Shown here: in pieces, positions 49,084 through 58,082 of the stretch
Numbering within the stretch: position 1 is the first letter of the stretch
Layout: the number at the start of each line of letters is the position of its first letter
Source: an uncultured Chloroflexia bacterium
Lineage (GTDB): Bacteria; Chloroflexota; Limnocylindria; Limnocylindrales; CSP1-4
DNA length: 64,000 nt
Assembly: GCA_963768655.1 (NCBI GenBank)
Contig: CAVYIM010000004.1
Location: forward strand, 192,001-256,000
Reading direction: 5' to 3'
Notes under the pieces: model-generated
What the model was told of the DNA's origin: nothing
What the model saw: the letters and a program-made list of their open reading frames with translations, nothing else
Database searches by the model: none
Made by a program: the position numbers and the translations under genes

Positions 49084-49215
49084 GGTGCCACGATAGGCTA
49101 TCTGGGGCGCGCGCTCAGTTCCCCATCCCTCAGTAACCGCCCCTCGGAACTACAGCTGGGAAGCGCCGGGACGCGTGACAGCGGGGGTGACGGACGACAG
49201 GTCAGCGGTCTTGGG

Positions 49216-50820
49216 TTAGTGCCCGGAGCCCGCGCCTCGGCGACCCCGGCTCGGCCTCGAGCCAAGACTTCGCATCAGACACGCGGCGACGGTGAGGCCG
49301 GCGAGGAGCGCCAGCATCGGTCCCGGCTCGCCGCCGGAAGGGGTCGGCTCGGACGTGCTGCTAGCCGGCGGAGTAACGCCCGCAGTCGGAGACGGCCCCG
49401 CAGTCGGAGACGGCCCCGCGGAAGGTGACCGCCCCGCGGTAGGTGACGGCCCCGCGGTAGGAGACGGCCCCGCGGTAGGTGACGGCCCCGCAGTGGGAGT
49501 GGCTGACGAGGTCGGTGCCTTGGGCTCAACGGTGACGGTGGCCTGGCTGGCCGTACCGGAGCCACCCTCGGTGGAGCTGACGGGACCCGTGGAGTCATGC
49601 CAGGTGCCCGCTGTCGTACCGACGACACCGACAGAGAAGGTGCAGCTCGCGCCGGCCAGGAGCGTGGCGCCCGAGAGACTCATCGTCGTGGCGCCGGGGG
49701 CGGCCGTGATGGTGCCGCCGTCACAGGATCCCGTGAGACCGGTAGGCGTCGCCACGAGGAGGCCCGCCGGCAGAGTGTCCGTGAAGCCGATGCCCGACAG
49801 TATCATCACCCCGGGCCCCGGTACGTTCGGCTGTTTCACGTTGGCAGCGTCCTGGTTCTGGTTCGCGATGGTGAAGGTCAGCGTCGTCGACCCACCATGG
49901 GGGATGGTGGCCGCTCCAAAGGCTGCGCTGATGGTCGGTGGGGAAAAGCCGACGCTGAGGTTGGCCGAAGCCCCATTGCCGGCGCCGCCGTTCGACGAGC
50001 CAACCTGATCGATGGTTGCGCTGTAGTACCCGGTCATCGGGGCGGACACGGTAACGGAGAAGGTGCAACTCGCTCCGACCCCGAGCGTCGCGCCCGAGAG
50101 GCCGATGTCCGAACCGCCGGCTGGCGCCAGGATAATGCCGCCGCCGCAGCTGCCCGTGAGGCCGTTTGGACTCGCCACGTTGAGACCCGCCGACAGCACG
50201 GCGGTGAAGTTCACACCCGTGAGAGCGGCATCGTTGGCGGCCGGGTTGGTGACGGTGAAGCTCAGGGCGCTATTGCCCGGACCGGTCAGGGATCCAGGGG
50301 AGAAAGAAGCACTGATGGAAGGCGGGGCGACCACATCGATGCCCACGCTGCCGACAGAGTTGGCAGCGCCCTGATCTGAGCTGCTGGTCAGCTGATCTAC
50401 TTTTTCCCCGGCGGTCGTCCCGGTGACGTCGACCGTCACCATTGGCGGGACCGTGAATGCAAATCCCGACAAGCTGATCGTGCTGCTACCCGGGTCTGCG
50501 GTCGCGGTGCCGGCCGTGCCGCTATACATCGTCACCGTCAAGTTCGGCGAGTCGGCGACCACCAGACCGACGGGCAGCTGGTCAGTGAGGCTCACGCCAG
50601 TGAGGGGCACCCAGACATCCCAAAGCAGCACCAGCCTGCCGGTCCCGTGGAGGGGCATAGAGAACAAAGGTGACAGTGGCACAACGGGAGAGGCCGGGTC
50701 CGTAATGCAGTCGGCGACGGTGTAGGGCCTAGCGGCATATGCCCGGCTCGGGCAGAAGAGGCTGGCGGCACAGACCAGCGCAATCAACGGGCCGGCGAGT
50801 CTGCCGAATTGGCGAGCCAT
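49216..50820 (-). CDS. Surface protein with DUF11-like Ig repeats, Pro/Thr stalk and C-terminal membrane anchor
   Basis: Signal peptide; repeated FTD.LP.GL.VA..SCGGG..LSGATL..GASCTFSV; TM followed by a basic tail. Confidence 0.8.
   Translation of the reverse strand: MARQFGRLAGPLIALVCAASLFCPSRAYAARPYTVADCITDPASPVVPLSPLFSMPLHGTGRLVLLWDVWVPLTGVSLTDQLPVGLVVADSPNLTVTMYSGTAGTATADPGSSTISLSGFAFTVPPMVTVDVTGTTAGEKVDQLTSSSDQGAANSVGSVGIDVVAPPSISASFSPGSLTGPGNSALSFTVTNPAANDAALTGVNFTAVLSAGLNVASPNGLTGSCGGGIILAPAGGSDIGLSGATLGVGASCTFSVTVSAPMTGYYSATIDQVGSSNGGAGNGASANLSVGFSPPTISAAFGAATIPHGGSTTLTFTIANQNQDAANVKQPNVPGPGVMILSGIGFTDTLPAGLLVATPTGLTGSCDGGTITAAPGATTMSLSGATLLAGASCTFSVGVVGTTAGTWHDSTGPVSSTEGGSGTASQATVTVEPKAPTSSATPTAGPSPTAGPSPTAGPSPTAGRSPSAGPSPTAGPSPTAGVTPPASSTSEPTPSGGEPGPMLALLAGLTVAACLMRSLGSRPSRGRRGAGSGH
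49377..49495 (-). repeat. In-frame 18-bp repeat (AGPSPT, ~6 copies)
   Basis: gacggccccgc(a/g)gt-type units. Confidence 0.85.
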
Positions 50821-51060
50821 CGCGATCCTCCTCTGACGACCACGGGCCACCCCACCGGGCGATGCGATGTGGCCGTGACGGTGTCCCCCGCCGCAATCTT
50901 AGCGTGCCACACGTTCACGAACACCCGAAACAGCTCTGGGCCAGGCGAGAGCTCGTCGTGTCGGGTGTTCGCGTGCGGAAAAGCGGGCGGGTCGGATCCG
51001 GTAGAGGAAGATCGAACCAGTCGCGGCGCTCGGCCACGCTCCCTGTGCCAAGGGCGGCCG

Positions 51061-51507
51061 TCAACCCGCGATGATGACCGACGTGTCAACGCCGCGGGCG
51101 GCGAACTGGCCGGCTGCGGCCGTCAAGATGGCGTTCGCGATTCCGACAGCACGCTCGGCGTCGTCGCTCGTGACGGTATCGCCCTCGTCCGGGTCGCGGG
51201 CCAGGGTCTCTATGTCGGCGAGCCAGGCAAGGTCCGTGGTGCTGGCCGGGTTCGAGAAGTCTGACGAGGCTTGCGCCTGGATGGCCTCTAGATCGCGTGT
51301 CATCTCGAACGGCACGTTATCGAGCAGGATCACGGCCTTGATGGCCTTCTCCGCGGCCTGCTGGGCCATGTAGGCGGTGTTGCGGTTGGGGACTGCCGTC
51401 GAGCCGAGGAACGCCCGCGCCGTGTCGATGTCGCCCCTGGCGAATGCCAGCCAGCGGCTGGCCTCTTCTACGTTGGCCGCGGAGGGCTGCTCGTGCTTAG
51501 GCGACAT
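51061..51507 (-). CDS. HEPN-domain protein, apparently degenerate
   Basis: AQQAAEKAIKA; TRDL and ARDP where THDL and RYP are usual. Confidence 0.8.
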   Translation of the reverse strand: MSPKHEQPSAANVEEASRWLAFARGDIDTARAFLGSTAVPNRNTAYMAQQAAEKAIKAVILLDNVPFEMTRDLEAIQAQASSDFSNPASTTDLAWLADIETLARDPDEGDTVTSDDAERAVGIANAILTAAAGQFAARGVDTSVIIAG

Positions 51508-52030
51508 AGACCGGGACTCCCTCGGAGAGTGCACTGGCGATGATCGACCCGGGTCGCAGCGCGGCGGCCTCCTGCTCGGTGGTCACGAGGATGTCCTTGT
51601 CCACGATGAGGTCGGCGAGAACAGCGCGGATGGCTACCCGGCGCTCTCGTCGATCCGCGACGGACTGAAACACGACCAGGAGGTCAATGTCACTCAACGG
51701 TCCCGCCTGACCTCGCGCCTGGGAGCCGAACAGGATGATGCGCGACGGCGCGAAGCTCTCCGCGATGCGGCGAGTCATCTCCGGGAGGTAGCGGAGAGCG
51801 CGATCACTCAGTCCGCGTCCGGGCTCGGGTCGCCACTCACCACTTGTGAGCGATCGTCCGCACCCGACAAGCAGCGTGTTGAGCGTGCTCGCGCGCGGGT
51901 CAGTCTGCCCTCGCTCGATCCGGGCGATCGTGCTCTGCGGCACGCCGGTTCGGTCTGCCAGCTTACGCTGCGTGATCCCGGCGCAGCGGCGGTCGGTTCG
52001 CAGGAGAACGCTCGCCTTCATGTCAGCCAC
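51497..52030 (-). CDS. XRE-HTH fused to a minimal nucleotidyltransferase (MNT) antitoxin
   Basis: TQRKLADRTGVPQSTIARIERG; LFGSQARG...SDIDLLV. Confidence 0.85.
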   Translation of the reverse strand: MADMKASVLLRTDRRCAGITQRKLADRTGVPQSTIARIERGQTDPRASTLNTLLVGCGRSLTSGEWRPEPGRGLSDRALRYLPEMTRRIAESFAPSRIILFGSQARGQAGPLSDIDLLVVFQSVADRRERRVAIRAVLADLIVDKDILVTTEQEAAALRPGSIIASALSEGVPVYVA

Positions 52031-52035
52031 CTTCG

Positions 52036-52059
52036 CTTGATAGCGTATTCACTATCAAG
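52036..52059. promoter_or_regulatory. Inverted-repeat operator just upstream of HTH-MNT
   Basis: CTTGATAG-N8-CTATCAAG. Confidence 0.7.
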
Positions 52060-52225
52060 AGCCCTGCCGACGATGCCAAGCCCACGCTCGCCACCCGTGG
52101 GATCGCTTTCTTCAGAGGCGCTAATAGCCCTACCGACGGGCTACCGCGGAGGTCCGCTCCGGCCGATCGACTGGTTGACCAGGCGGATCTCGTCGAGACT
52201 GACGACGCCCCCCTCCAAGCGGCAG

Positions 52226-52453
52226 CTACATGTCCCCCTTTTCGATCGCGCGCACGCGAACCTCGTACTCAGCGGGTGAGATCTCACCAGCAGCCATCCG
52301 ACGCTTGAGTTCCGCGATGCCGGGATCCTCGGGGGGAGGGAGCGCCCGTCGCAGCGCAAAGACGATCACGCCCACGACGAGCAGAGTTATCACCAGTATT
52401 GAGAGTAGCGTCCCGGCGACTATCGCCAGCGCCAGATCGGAACCGGAGTCCAT
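52226..52453 (-). CDS. Small membrane protein with SHOCT domain
   Basis: TM helix then LKRRMAAGEISPAEYE. Confidence 0.75.
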   Translation of the reverse strand: MDSGSDLALAIVAGTLLSILVITLLVVGVIVFALRRALPPPEDPGIAELKRRMAAGEISPAEYEVRVRAIEKGDM

Positions 52454-52624
52454 TGCACGCTCCGCTGGTCCAGGTGGCGGGCACGCCGTCAGGGTGCGCC
52501 CCCGGCCATTGTGTTCAGTCCACGCACGGAGTCAACTCACAGCCCCTAACCGAAGCCAGGCCGGCCAGGGGAGTGGGTCCGGCCCCGCCGCAGGCGGCCA
52601 TCTCGGCTCGGCGGGTAGCCCTCC

Positions 52625-52775
52625 GATGTTCGACGGCGATCGGGAGACGTTTCGCCCGCAGGTAGGCTTCGAGGGTCGTGACCGCGTCGAGGTACGTCAT
52701 GACGGTCTTGGGACTCTTGTTTTCGGCGGGCCGCGCCCGCCGAAAGCTCTCGGCGAGGACGCCGAGCGTCGGTCC
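52625..52775 (-). pseudogene. Truncated tyrosine integrase N-terminus (paralog of 61347-62267)
   Basis: [13 protein letters not shown]...AENKSPKTVMTYLDAV..EAYLR.KRLP matches the intact integrase. Confidence 0.88.
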
Positions 52776-52834
52776 GGCCGGAGAATCGTCGAGCCCCTCG
52801 GCTAGAGGGGCTCTTCGCGAGGAACTTGGCGACT

Positions 52835-52863
52835 TGGAGCGGGAGACGGGACTCGAACCCGCG
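52835..52863 (-). repeat. Internal att site: tRNA-Gly 3'-end copy
   Basis: 28/29 identity to 62378-62406; the adjacent hairpin gagcccctc..gaggggctc is also duplicated. Confidence 0.88.
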
Positions 52864-53007
52864 GTCGCCATCCAAGAGCCGGTGCAGTGGGAGCCAAGGT
52901 CAGCCATGTATCGTCGACGGCCAGGGTGCCATTGCGCTTCATCGCCGAAACGGAGCCTATCGGCGAAGGACCGTAACTGTTACAGGGTCCATCGCGGTGG
53001 TAGAACG

Positions 53008-53036
53008 TTGACCTTCTAGAAGGTTAGGCTTATAGT
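53008..53036 (+). promoter_or_regulatory. TA promoter/operator
   Basis: Perfect palindrome ACCTTCTAGAAGGT (53011-53024) between TTGACC and TAGGCT/TATAGT. Confidence 0.7.
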
Positions 53037-53382
53037 GTGGGAGATCGAAGGCACGGACCAGTTCGCTGACTGGTTCGGCCAACTGAGCAGAAGCGACAAA
53101 GTAAGAGTCGAGGCCGCGATCGAGCGGCTCGAAGAAGAGGGTCCCGGCCTGGGTCGCCCGTGGGTGGACAGTCTCGTCGGGACGAAGGTCAAAGAACTCA
53201 GACCACGCGGCGGATATCTCCGGATCTTGTTCCGCTTCGACCCTCGGAAGACCGGCATCCTCCTGATGGCAGGAAACAAGGAAGGCCTCTGGGACCAGTG
53301 GTACAAGACCGCAATCCCTGAAGCCGAGAGGCTCTACGAAGACTACGTCGCCGAGCTGCGGAAAGAAGGACACCTGAAATGA
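53035..53382 (+). CDS. RelE/HigB-like (Gp49-type) toxin
   Basis: LEEEGPGLGRP.VD, KELRP, RILF.FDP.K.GILL.AGNK. Confidence 0.9.
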   Translation: MWEIEGTDQFADWFGQLSRSDKVRVEAAIERLEEEGPGLGRPWVDSLVGTKVKELRPRGGYLRILFRFDPRKTGILLMAGNKEGLWDQWYKTAIPEAERLYEDYVAELRKEGHLK

Positions 53383-53720
53383 CGGCGAGCAGGTTTCGGA
53401 CGATGCGGGAGGAGATGCTCGCCGACCCTTCCTTCCGGGCGGAGGTCGCTCGGGAGAAGGCCATCATGGCTGAGATCGACCTTTCCGCCGCGCGTCAGGC
53501 CAGCGGCATGACCCAGGAGGCCGTGGCGGCCGAGATGGGCAAATCGCAGGAGAACGTTTCCCGGATCGAGCGCCAGCGCGACGTGCGCGTCTCCACCCTG
53601 GCGCAGTTCATCCAGGCTCAGGGCGGTGAGCTGGAGATCAACGCCGTCTTCTCAGGCCGGCGGGTGAGCCTGATGAGGGCTGCAGGCGCGGCATCCAAGC
53701 CAAGCCGCCAGCGCGCCTAG
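53379..53720 (+). CDS. XRE-HTH antitoxin
   Basis: TQEAVAAEMGKSQENVSRIER, GGELEINAVF. Confidence 0.9.
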   Translation: MTASRFRTMREEMLADPSFRAEVAREKAIMAEIDLSAARQASGMTQEAVAAEMGKSQENVSRIERQRDVRVSTLAQFIQAQGGELEINAVFSGRRVSLMRAAGAASKPSRQRA

Positions 53721-53776
53721 TTCAGTCGATAGCTCAGCTGGGGGACGTCGCCGCCGGTCGCCTGACCGTAGGCGCC

Positions 53777-54664
53777 TCATGACCGCCATCCTCCGTCTCC
53801 GGGGTTCCAGGTGGCGGACGCGACCTCGCCGGAGAGGACCGGGTCCAGCATTCGAGCCGCAACAGCGTGCCCCGCGCCAAGATCCGGGTCGAGTCCGATA
53901 TCGCGGGCCATTCGGGCATAGGGCACGCGCCAGTCGGCCGGCGGGTCCGGCAGCGCCGCCGGCAGAGGTTGGCCGGCGCGACGCGCGAATGTGCGGTCCA
54001 TGGCGATGCGAAGAAGGGCGGCGTCAGGCGTTCCTTCGGTCGCGATCAGGGCCAGGTCGACGAGATCCTTGACGCGCGTGCTCGGCGTTCGATCGCCGTA
54101 TCCGCGTGTGTAGGCGTGGACCTTCTCGGCGATCTGGAACTCGAGCGGCACCGCCGCGACCTCGACGGGTACCAGGTCAGCGAAGGCGAGCAGGTCGGGT
54201 CCGCGCAGGCGCGCGAGCTCGACATCGGTGGGCGGGTCGAAACCCACGTCGAGGACGAACTCGTCGAAGGTGCGGCCGGCCAGCTCGGCGACGACGTGAT
54301 AGCGAACGGCGGCACCATCACGAAGCCGGTCCAGAGCGCTCGTACGCTCGATGGCGAAGCCGAAGAAGTCGCCGAGATCGACCGCCTGAGCTGCCAGCAG
54401 GGCCGTCGTCGCCGAGGCTTCGTCGCCGGCAGTCGCCAGATCGATGTCTCTAGTCGTCCGGGCGTGGCTGCCGAACCGGTAATCCAGCGCGAGCGCGCCC
54501 TTGAGCAGCCAGCGATCCGGCGCCGTTGCCACCAGTCGGGCAAGCAGTCGATCGAACGCGACCTCCTTGCGCAGGCGGACAGTCGAACGGCCGGTTTCCT
54601 GGCTGAGCGCAGGCAGCTGCCTCTCCAGTGCCTGGCGGAAGTCCGGCGCGGATCTGTACTTCAT
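53777..54664 (-). CDS. AbiEii-family nucleotidyltransferase toxin
   Basis: LLKGALAL, RTTRDIDL, IAEKVHA, RVKDLVDL. Confidence 0.9.
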   Translation of the reverse strand: MKYRSAPDFRQALERQLPALSQETGRSTVRLRKEVAFDRLLARLVATAPDRWLLKGALALDYRFGSHARTTRDIDLATAGDEASATTALLAAQAVDLGDFFGFAIERTSALDRLRDGAAVRYHVVAELAGRTFDEFVLDVGFDPPTDVELARLRGPDLLAFADLVPVEVAAVPLEFQIAEKVHAYTRGYGDRTPSTRVKDLVDLALIATEGTPDAALLRIAMDRTFARRAGQPLPAALPDPPADWRVPYARMARDIGLDPDLGAGHAVAARMLDPVLSGEVASATWNPGDGGWRS

Positions 54665-55269
54665 GTCGCGCGGTCCGTCCGTGCCCGGTCGATGAGGCGC
54701 TGGACTCGTCGACCCCGCGTTTGGGCAGCGTCCCGCAGTCGGGAGGACGTTGTCAGGCTTCGATCGAGCGCGCTATGCACTGCCGCGACGACCTGGTCCG
54801 GTGCGACCCCGACTTCGGCGACGTCCACGATCGTGCGCTCCGGTCCGGTGACCCGAACGCCCTTGCGCGAGACGACGTCCGCTTCGGCGAGAGGCCGGGT
54901 CGTCGTGTGAATGACGACGCCGGGCTGGTTCACCAGCCTTCGGCGGATCCGCGGCACCGTGAGATGCACGGCGTCTGCGATGACGTCGGAGAGCCCCAGG
55001 AGCGCGAGTGCCGATTCGTGCGAGACAACGGCGTCGGGTGCTTGGCGTAGCCAGGCGGCGACGATCTCCTCGTGGGTCTCGTGCGGGTAGTCACGCAGAC
55101 GGTACAGGCCCCTGGCCACGCGCAGGAAGCGCCCGCTCTTGGCATGGTGTGTGAGCAGCGCCGAACTGAAGCCGCACGCCTGGGCCTGGGACGTCGTGAA
55201 GTAGCCAGCCTGCGCGCTAGCTATGGCGAAGAGCGCGCCGTGGTCAGTGGTAGGCAGTGTGTCGTTCAC
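54661..55269 (-). CDS. AbiEi-family antitoxin
   Basis: QAGYFT..QA, RVARGLYR, VSHESAL, VTGPERTIVD. Confidence 0.9.
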   Translation of the reverse strand: MNDTLPTTDHGALFAIASAQAGYFTTSQAQACGFSSALLTHHAKSGRFLRVARGLYRLRDYPHETHEEIVAAWLRQAPDAVVSHESALALLGLSDVIADAVHLTVPRIRRRLVNQPGVVIHTTTRPLAEADVVSRKGVRVTGPERTIVDVAEVGVAPDQVVAAVHSALDRSLTTSSRLRDAAQTRGRRVQRLIDRARTDRAT

Positions 55270-55351
55270 ATCCTAGATGATACTTAGTAAGTCAACGACA
55301 TGATTGAGGGTGCTGGTTGCGCGATCTTTGATCCAGGGCGGCGGCCTCTTG

Positions 55352-56392
55352 CTACCGCGCCCGAGTGTGGTCCAGTCTGGATTCGATCAACGGCATCATG
55401 TCTCGTGACGCCTTGATGATTTCGTCCGGGACACCGAGTGCCTTGACGAGATCGTTTGCCATCTTGATCGGCCGGCGTTCGAGTGGTTCCGTCCGCCCTT
55501 CTTCAAGTTGGCGTTTCGCGCCCAGAAGCTGATGAATCTCGTCCAGGTGGAAGAACACCTTCAGGGAGTTTGCCTCGGTCCCGTACCGGATGCTGCGACC
55601 GTGCAGGATCAAATGCCGGTTCAGCCGAGGTGACAAGTTGGACGTCATACCGAAGTCGATCTTGCTATAGAGCCCCAAGAGCGACTCGATCGCTACCTCG
55701 AGCTCGATCTCCTCGAGACCGTCGAAGATGTCGCGGAGTGGCTCGAGCCCGGTGACCACCTTCATCCGACCGCCGAGTCCGAAGCCGTCCGCAATGACGC
55801 CTTCGATGCACGGCATCAAAGTGGGGATGCTCACGCGGTACCGACCGGCCAAGTGATCGGCCAGGGCATCTCGAATGATCAAGCGGCGCGTGTGCAGGGC
55901 CGGCTCGTCCGACCAAGAATTGACCATTCGCCGCAGGGCGCGGCCTCCATAGGCGCGACATGAGCGACAGATCTCGTCAGCCAGTGCACGACGGCCGAGA
56001 GTGCGAGCCAGCAGGTCATACCGCTGAAGCTGCTCGTCATTCCAGCTAGATAACGCCCACCACCCCTTGGCTCTGAGAACCTCATCGGCACGCGTGTATT
56101 GAGCGTTGAGGTGTTCGGCGTAGGCGACTGCGGCGACCTGCGAAATAGCGAGCAATCCTCGACCTATCGCCGGTGCCGCGGCTTTGACGGCCGCGTCCAG
56201 CTTCCGGATCGACTCGGATGTCCGACGCTGCGCCGATGCGACGAGCACCGAAGCTCGATCCGAGAAGCGCTGCCAGGCGCGAACGGCAGCCTGACCCGTC
56301 GATCGAAGAGTGGCGGCTTCGCGCGGGGACCGACTCTGGACAAGGTCGCTAGCCCAGTCTCGAGCGAAGTCCTCGTCGCCTTGATGCTCCAT
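55352..56392 (-). CDS. Hypothetical protein with HEPN-like RxxxxH motif
   Basis: SIPTLMPCIEG...LNRHLILHG..YGTEANSLK. Confidence 0.65.
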   Translation of the reverse strand: MEHQGDEDFARDWASDLVQSRSPREAATLRSTGQAAVRAWQRFSDRASVLVASAQRRTSESIRKLDAAVKAAAPAIGRGLLAISQVAAVAYAEHLNAQYTRADEVLRAKGWWALSSWNDEQLQRYDLLARTLGRRALADEICRSCRAYGGRALRRMVNSWSDEPALHTRRLIIRDALADHLAGRYRVSIPTLMPCIEGVIADGFGLGGRMKVVTGLEPLRDIFDGLEEIELEVAIESLLGLYSKIDFGMTSNLSPRLNRHLILHGRSIRYGTEANSLKVFFHLDEIHQLLGAKRQLEEGRTEPLERRPIKMANDLVKALGVPDEIIKASRDMMPLIESRLDHTRAR

Positions 56393-56440
56393 GACGCCCT
56401 CTCATTCTGACCCCGGGATCCCAGGGTGAAATCGATCCGG

Positions 56441-57160
56441 TTACGGCGAAGCGAGACGGCTGAGCGCGATGATGCCGTCCGTGGCGCCCGCGATTCCGCG
56501 CCACGCCCCGTTCGCCGGATCAAGCAGCTGCTCATGAGTGCGCAGGTAGCCGCGTTCCTTCGCGGTCAGCTCGGAGCGCATGCCCTCGATGTTCGAAACG
56601 AGCGCCAGAAGCCGGGCAAGGTCCCGCAGGTGCTTGGCATTCGAACTGCTCGACGCAGCCCGAGCCTTGATCACAAGGGCGCCCGCGAGGGTCGGCACCG
56701 GAAGCTTGAACAAATCGCCGAGGACGTCGATCGTCACCTCACGCCGGCGATGCAGCGCCTGCGTACCTCCGACGGTTTCCAGGGTGGTGCCTGGGGGCGA
56801 AGTGGTCAGGTCTGCCCGAGGCCCGAGATTCTCCGGTGCGAGCACGTCCACGACGTCGTCGCCGCGGACGAAGCGGTAGCTCAGCCCGTCGTTGGTCAGC
56901 TTTGCGGTGAACCCGACCTCCTCCAGCCGCCGAGCGGCCTCTTGGGTCGCGCCGGTGAGCGCCCGGACGTCCATGAGCGCGTCCACATCCCGAGTCGCGC
57001 GCCCCGTTCGGCCTCCGTGCTCGCGTTCCAGAAGCGTGACCATCTGGCCGCCGATTAGGACCCAGGGCAGCCCGGCGAGGAGATCGGCGATCTCGTGCGT
57101 GACTCGCCAGAGCCGCTCCTCTGCGTCGTCGCCGGGGACAATGACGATTGGGCGCTCCAT
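56441..57160 (-). CDS. Nucleotidyltransferase-fold (AbiEii-like) putative toxin
   Basis: WVLIGGQMV, RATRDVD, VIKARA, KHLRDL. Confidence 0.72.
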   Translation of the reverse strand: MERPIVIVPGDDAEERLWRVTHEIADLLAGLPWVLIGGQMVTLLEREHGGRTGRATRDVDALMDVRALTGATQEAARRLEEVGFTAKLTNDGLSYRFVRGDDVVDVLAPENLGPRADLTTSPPGTTLETVGGTQALHRRREVTIDVLGDLFKLPVPTLAGALVIKARAASSSSNAKHLRDLARLLALVSNIEGMRSELTAKERGYLRTHEQLLDPANGAWRGIAGATDGIIALSRLASP

Positions 57161-57840
57161 CAGCGCTGATACCGTTTCAACAGCTGCCTCGCAGCTTCCT
57201 GTGAACGCGGGTCGACGTCGTCGGCCAGGTCGATGGCCACGACCGAGGCGGGCGCAAATGGGCGAGCGGGCCAGTCGGGCGTGAGCGCTGGCGTCGTGCG
57301 CAGCGTGAGGTTGGGCTGCTGGCCCTCGAGCAGCTTGTACTTGTCGACCAGGGCGTCGAGGCGCTCATTCGTGAGGTACGCGTCGAACTCGTCGGCCGGC
57401 ATCAGATCCAGGCCAACGTCTGGCGCGGCCGATACTCCCGTGCGCATGAGTCCGGGCTCGCGTCGGATCCGCGCGAGGTCCGATGGGTGGGAGCGGAACT
57501 GCCGAGGTTGGGCGCGCGTCACCAGCCGCGGGCGCAGCGAGGCAAGGTCGTGGTGGACCATGAAATTCCGGAGCTTGGCGCGGGACACCGGGTCGAGCCA
57601 GGAAGCATCGAGGCCGTCGAGCAGGAATAGCAGACCCCACGCCCGCTGCGGCGAGAAGCGGCGACCATCCAGGGTTCCGAGCTTTGCTCGGCGATCTACG
57701 CTCGCTGCGTCTATCAGCAGAACGCGCCCGAGGTGCCGCGCCACGAGTTCACCGGATGCGATCAGCGTGCGCACGCGACCGGCCGTCACTCCGAGTCGAG
57801 CGGCAGCCTCAGGGACCGAAAGGGCCCTTTCCTCAACCAT
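57160..57840 (-). CDS. Excisionase-type HTH plus AbiEi-like C-terminal domain (putative antitoxin)
   Basis: LSVPEAAARLGVT..RVRTLIASGEL; VVAIDLAD..DPRSQEAA. Confidence 0.7.
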   Translation of the reverse strand: MVEERALSVPEAAARLGVTAGRVRTLIASGELVARHLGRVLLIDAASVDRRAKLGTLDGRRFSPQRAWGLLFLLDGLDASWLDPVSRAKLRNFMVHHDLASLRPRLVTRAQPRQFRSHPSDLARIRREPGLMRTGVSAAPDVGLDLMPADEFDAYLTNERLDALVDKYKLLEGQQPNLTLRTTPALTPDWPARPFAPASVVAIDLADDVDPRSQEAARQLLKRYQR

Positions 57841-57849
57841 GGTGATAAC

Positions 57850-57877
57850 AGCATAGTTGAGGAAATGGCTACGTCAA
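57850..57877 (-). promoter_or_regulatory. Sigma70-type promoter giving a near-leaderless transcript
   Basis: Minus strand TTGACG-N16-TATGCT, 9 nt before ATG 57840. Confidence 0.65.
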
Positions 57878-58082
57878 GGGCAACGCGCGACAAGGTCCTT
57901 CTGGGCGAGCGGGTGTGGCAACGTTCTGGCTCGGCTAGAGTCTCCTAGTCGGAACCTGAGCGCGGGGCCTGCGTTCCCGCCGACCCCGCTGCCACCTCGG
58001 CACCGCCTCGATGTGGCGGCCTCAGGAGTTGCAGGGTCATGTTGGCCCTTTGGCATGGCGGGAGCAATAGGGGGATTCGCGG

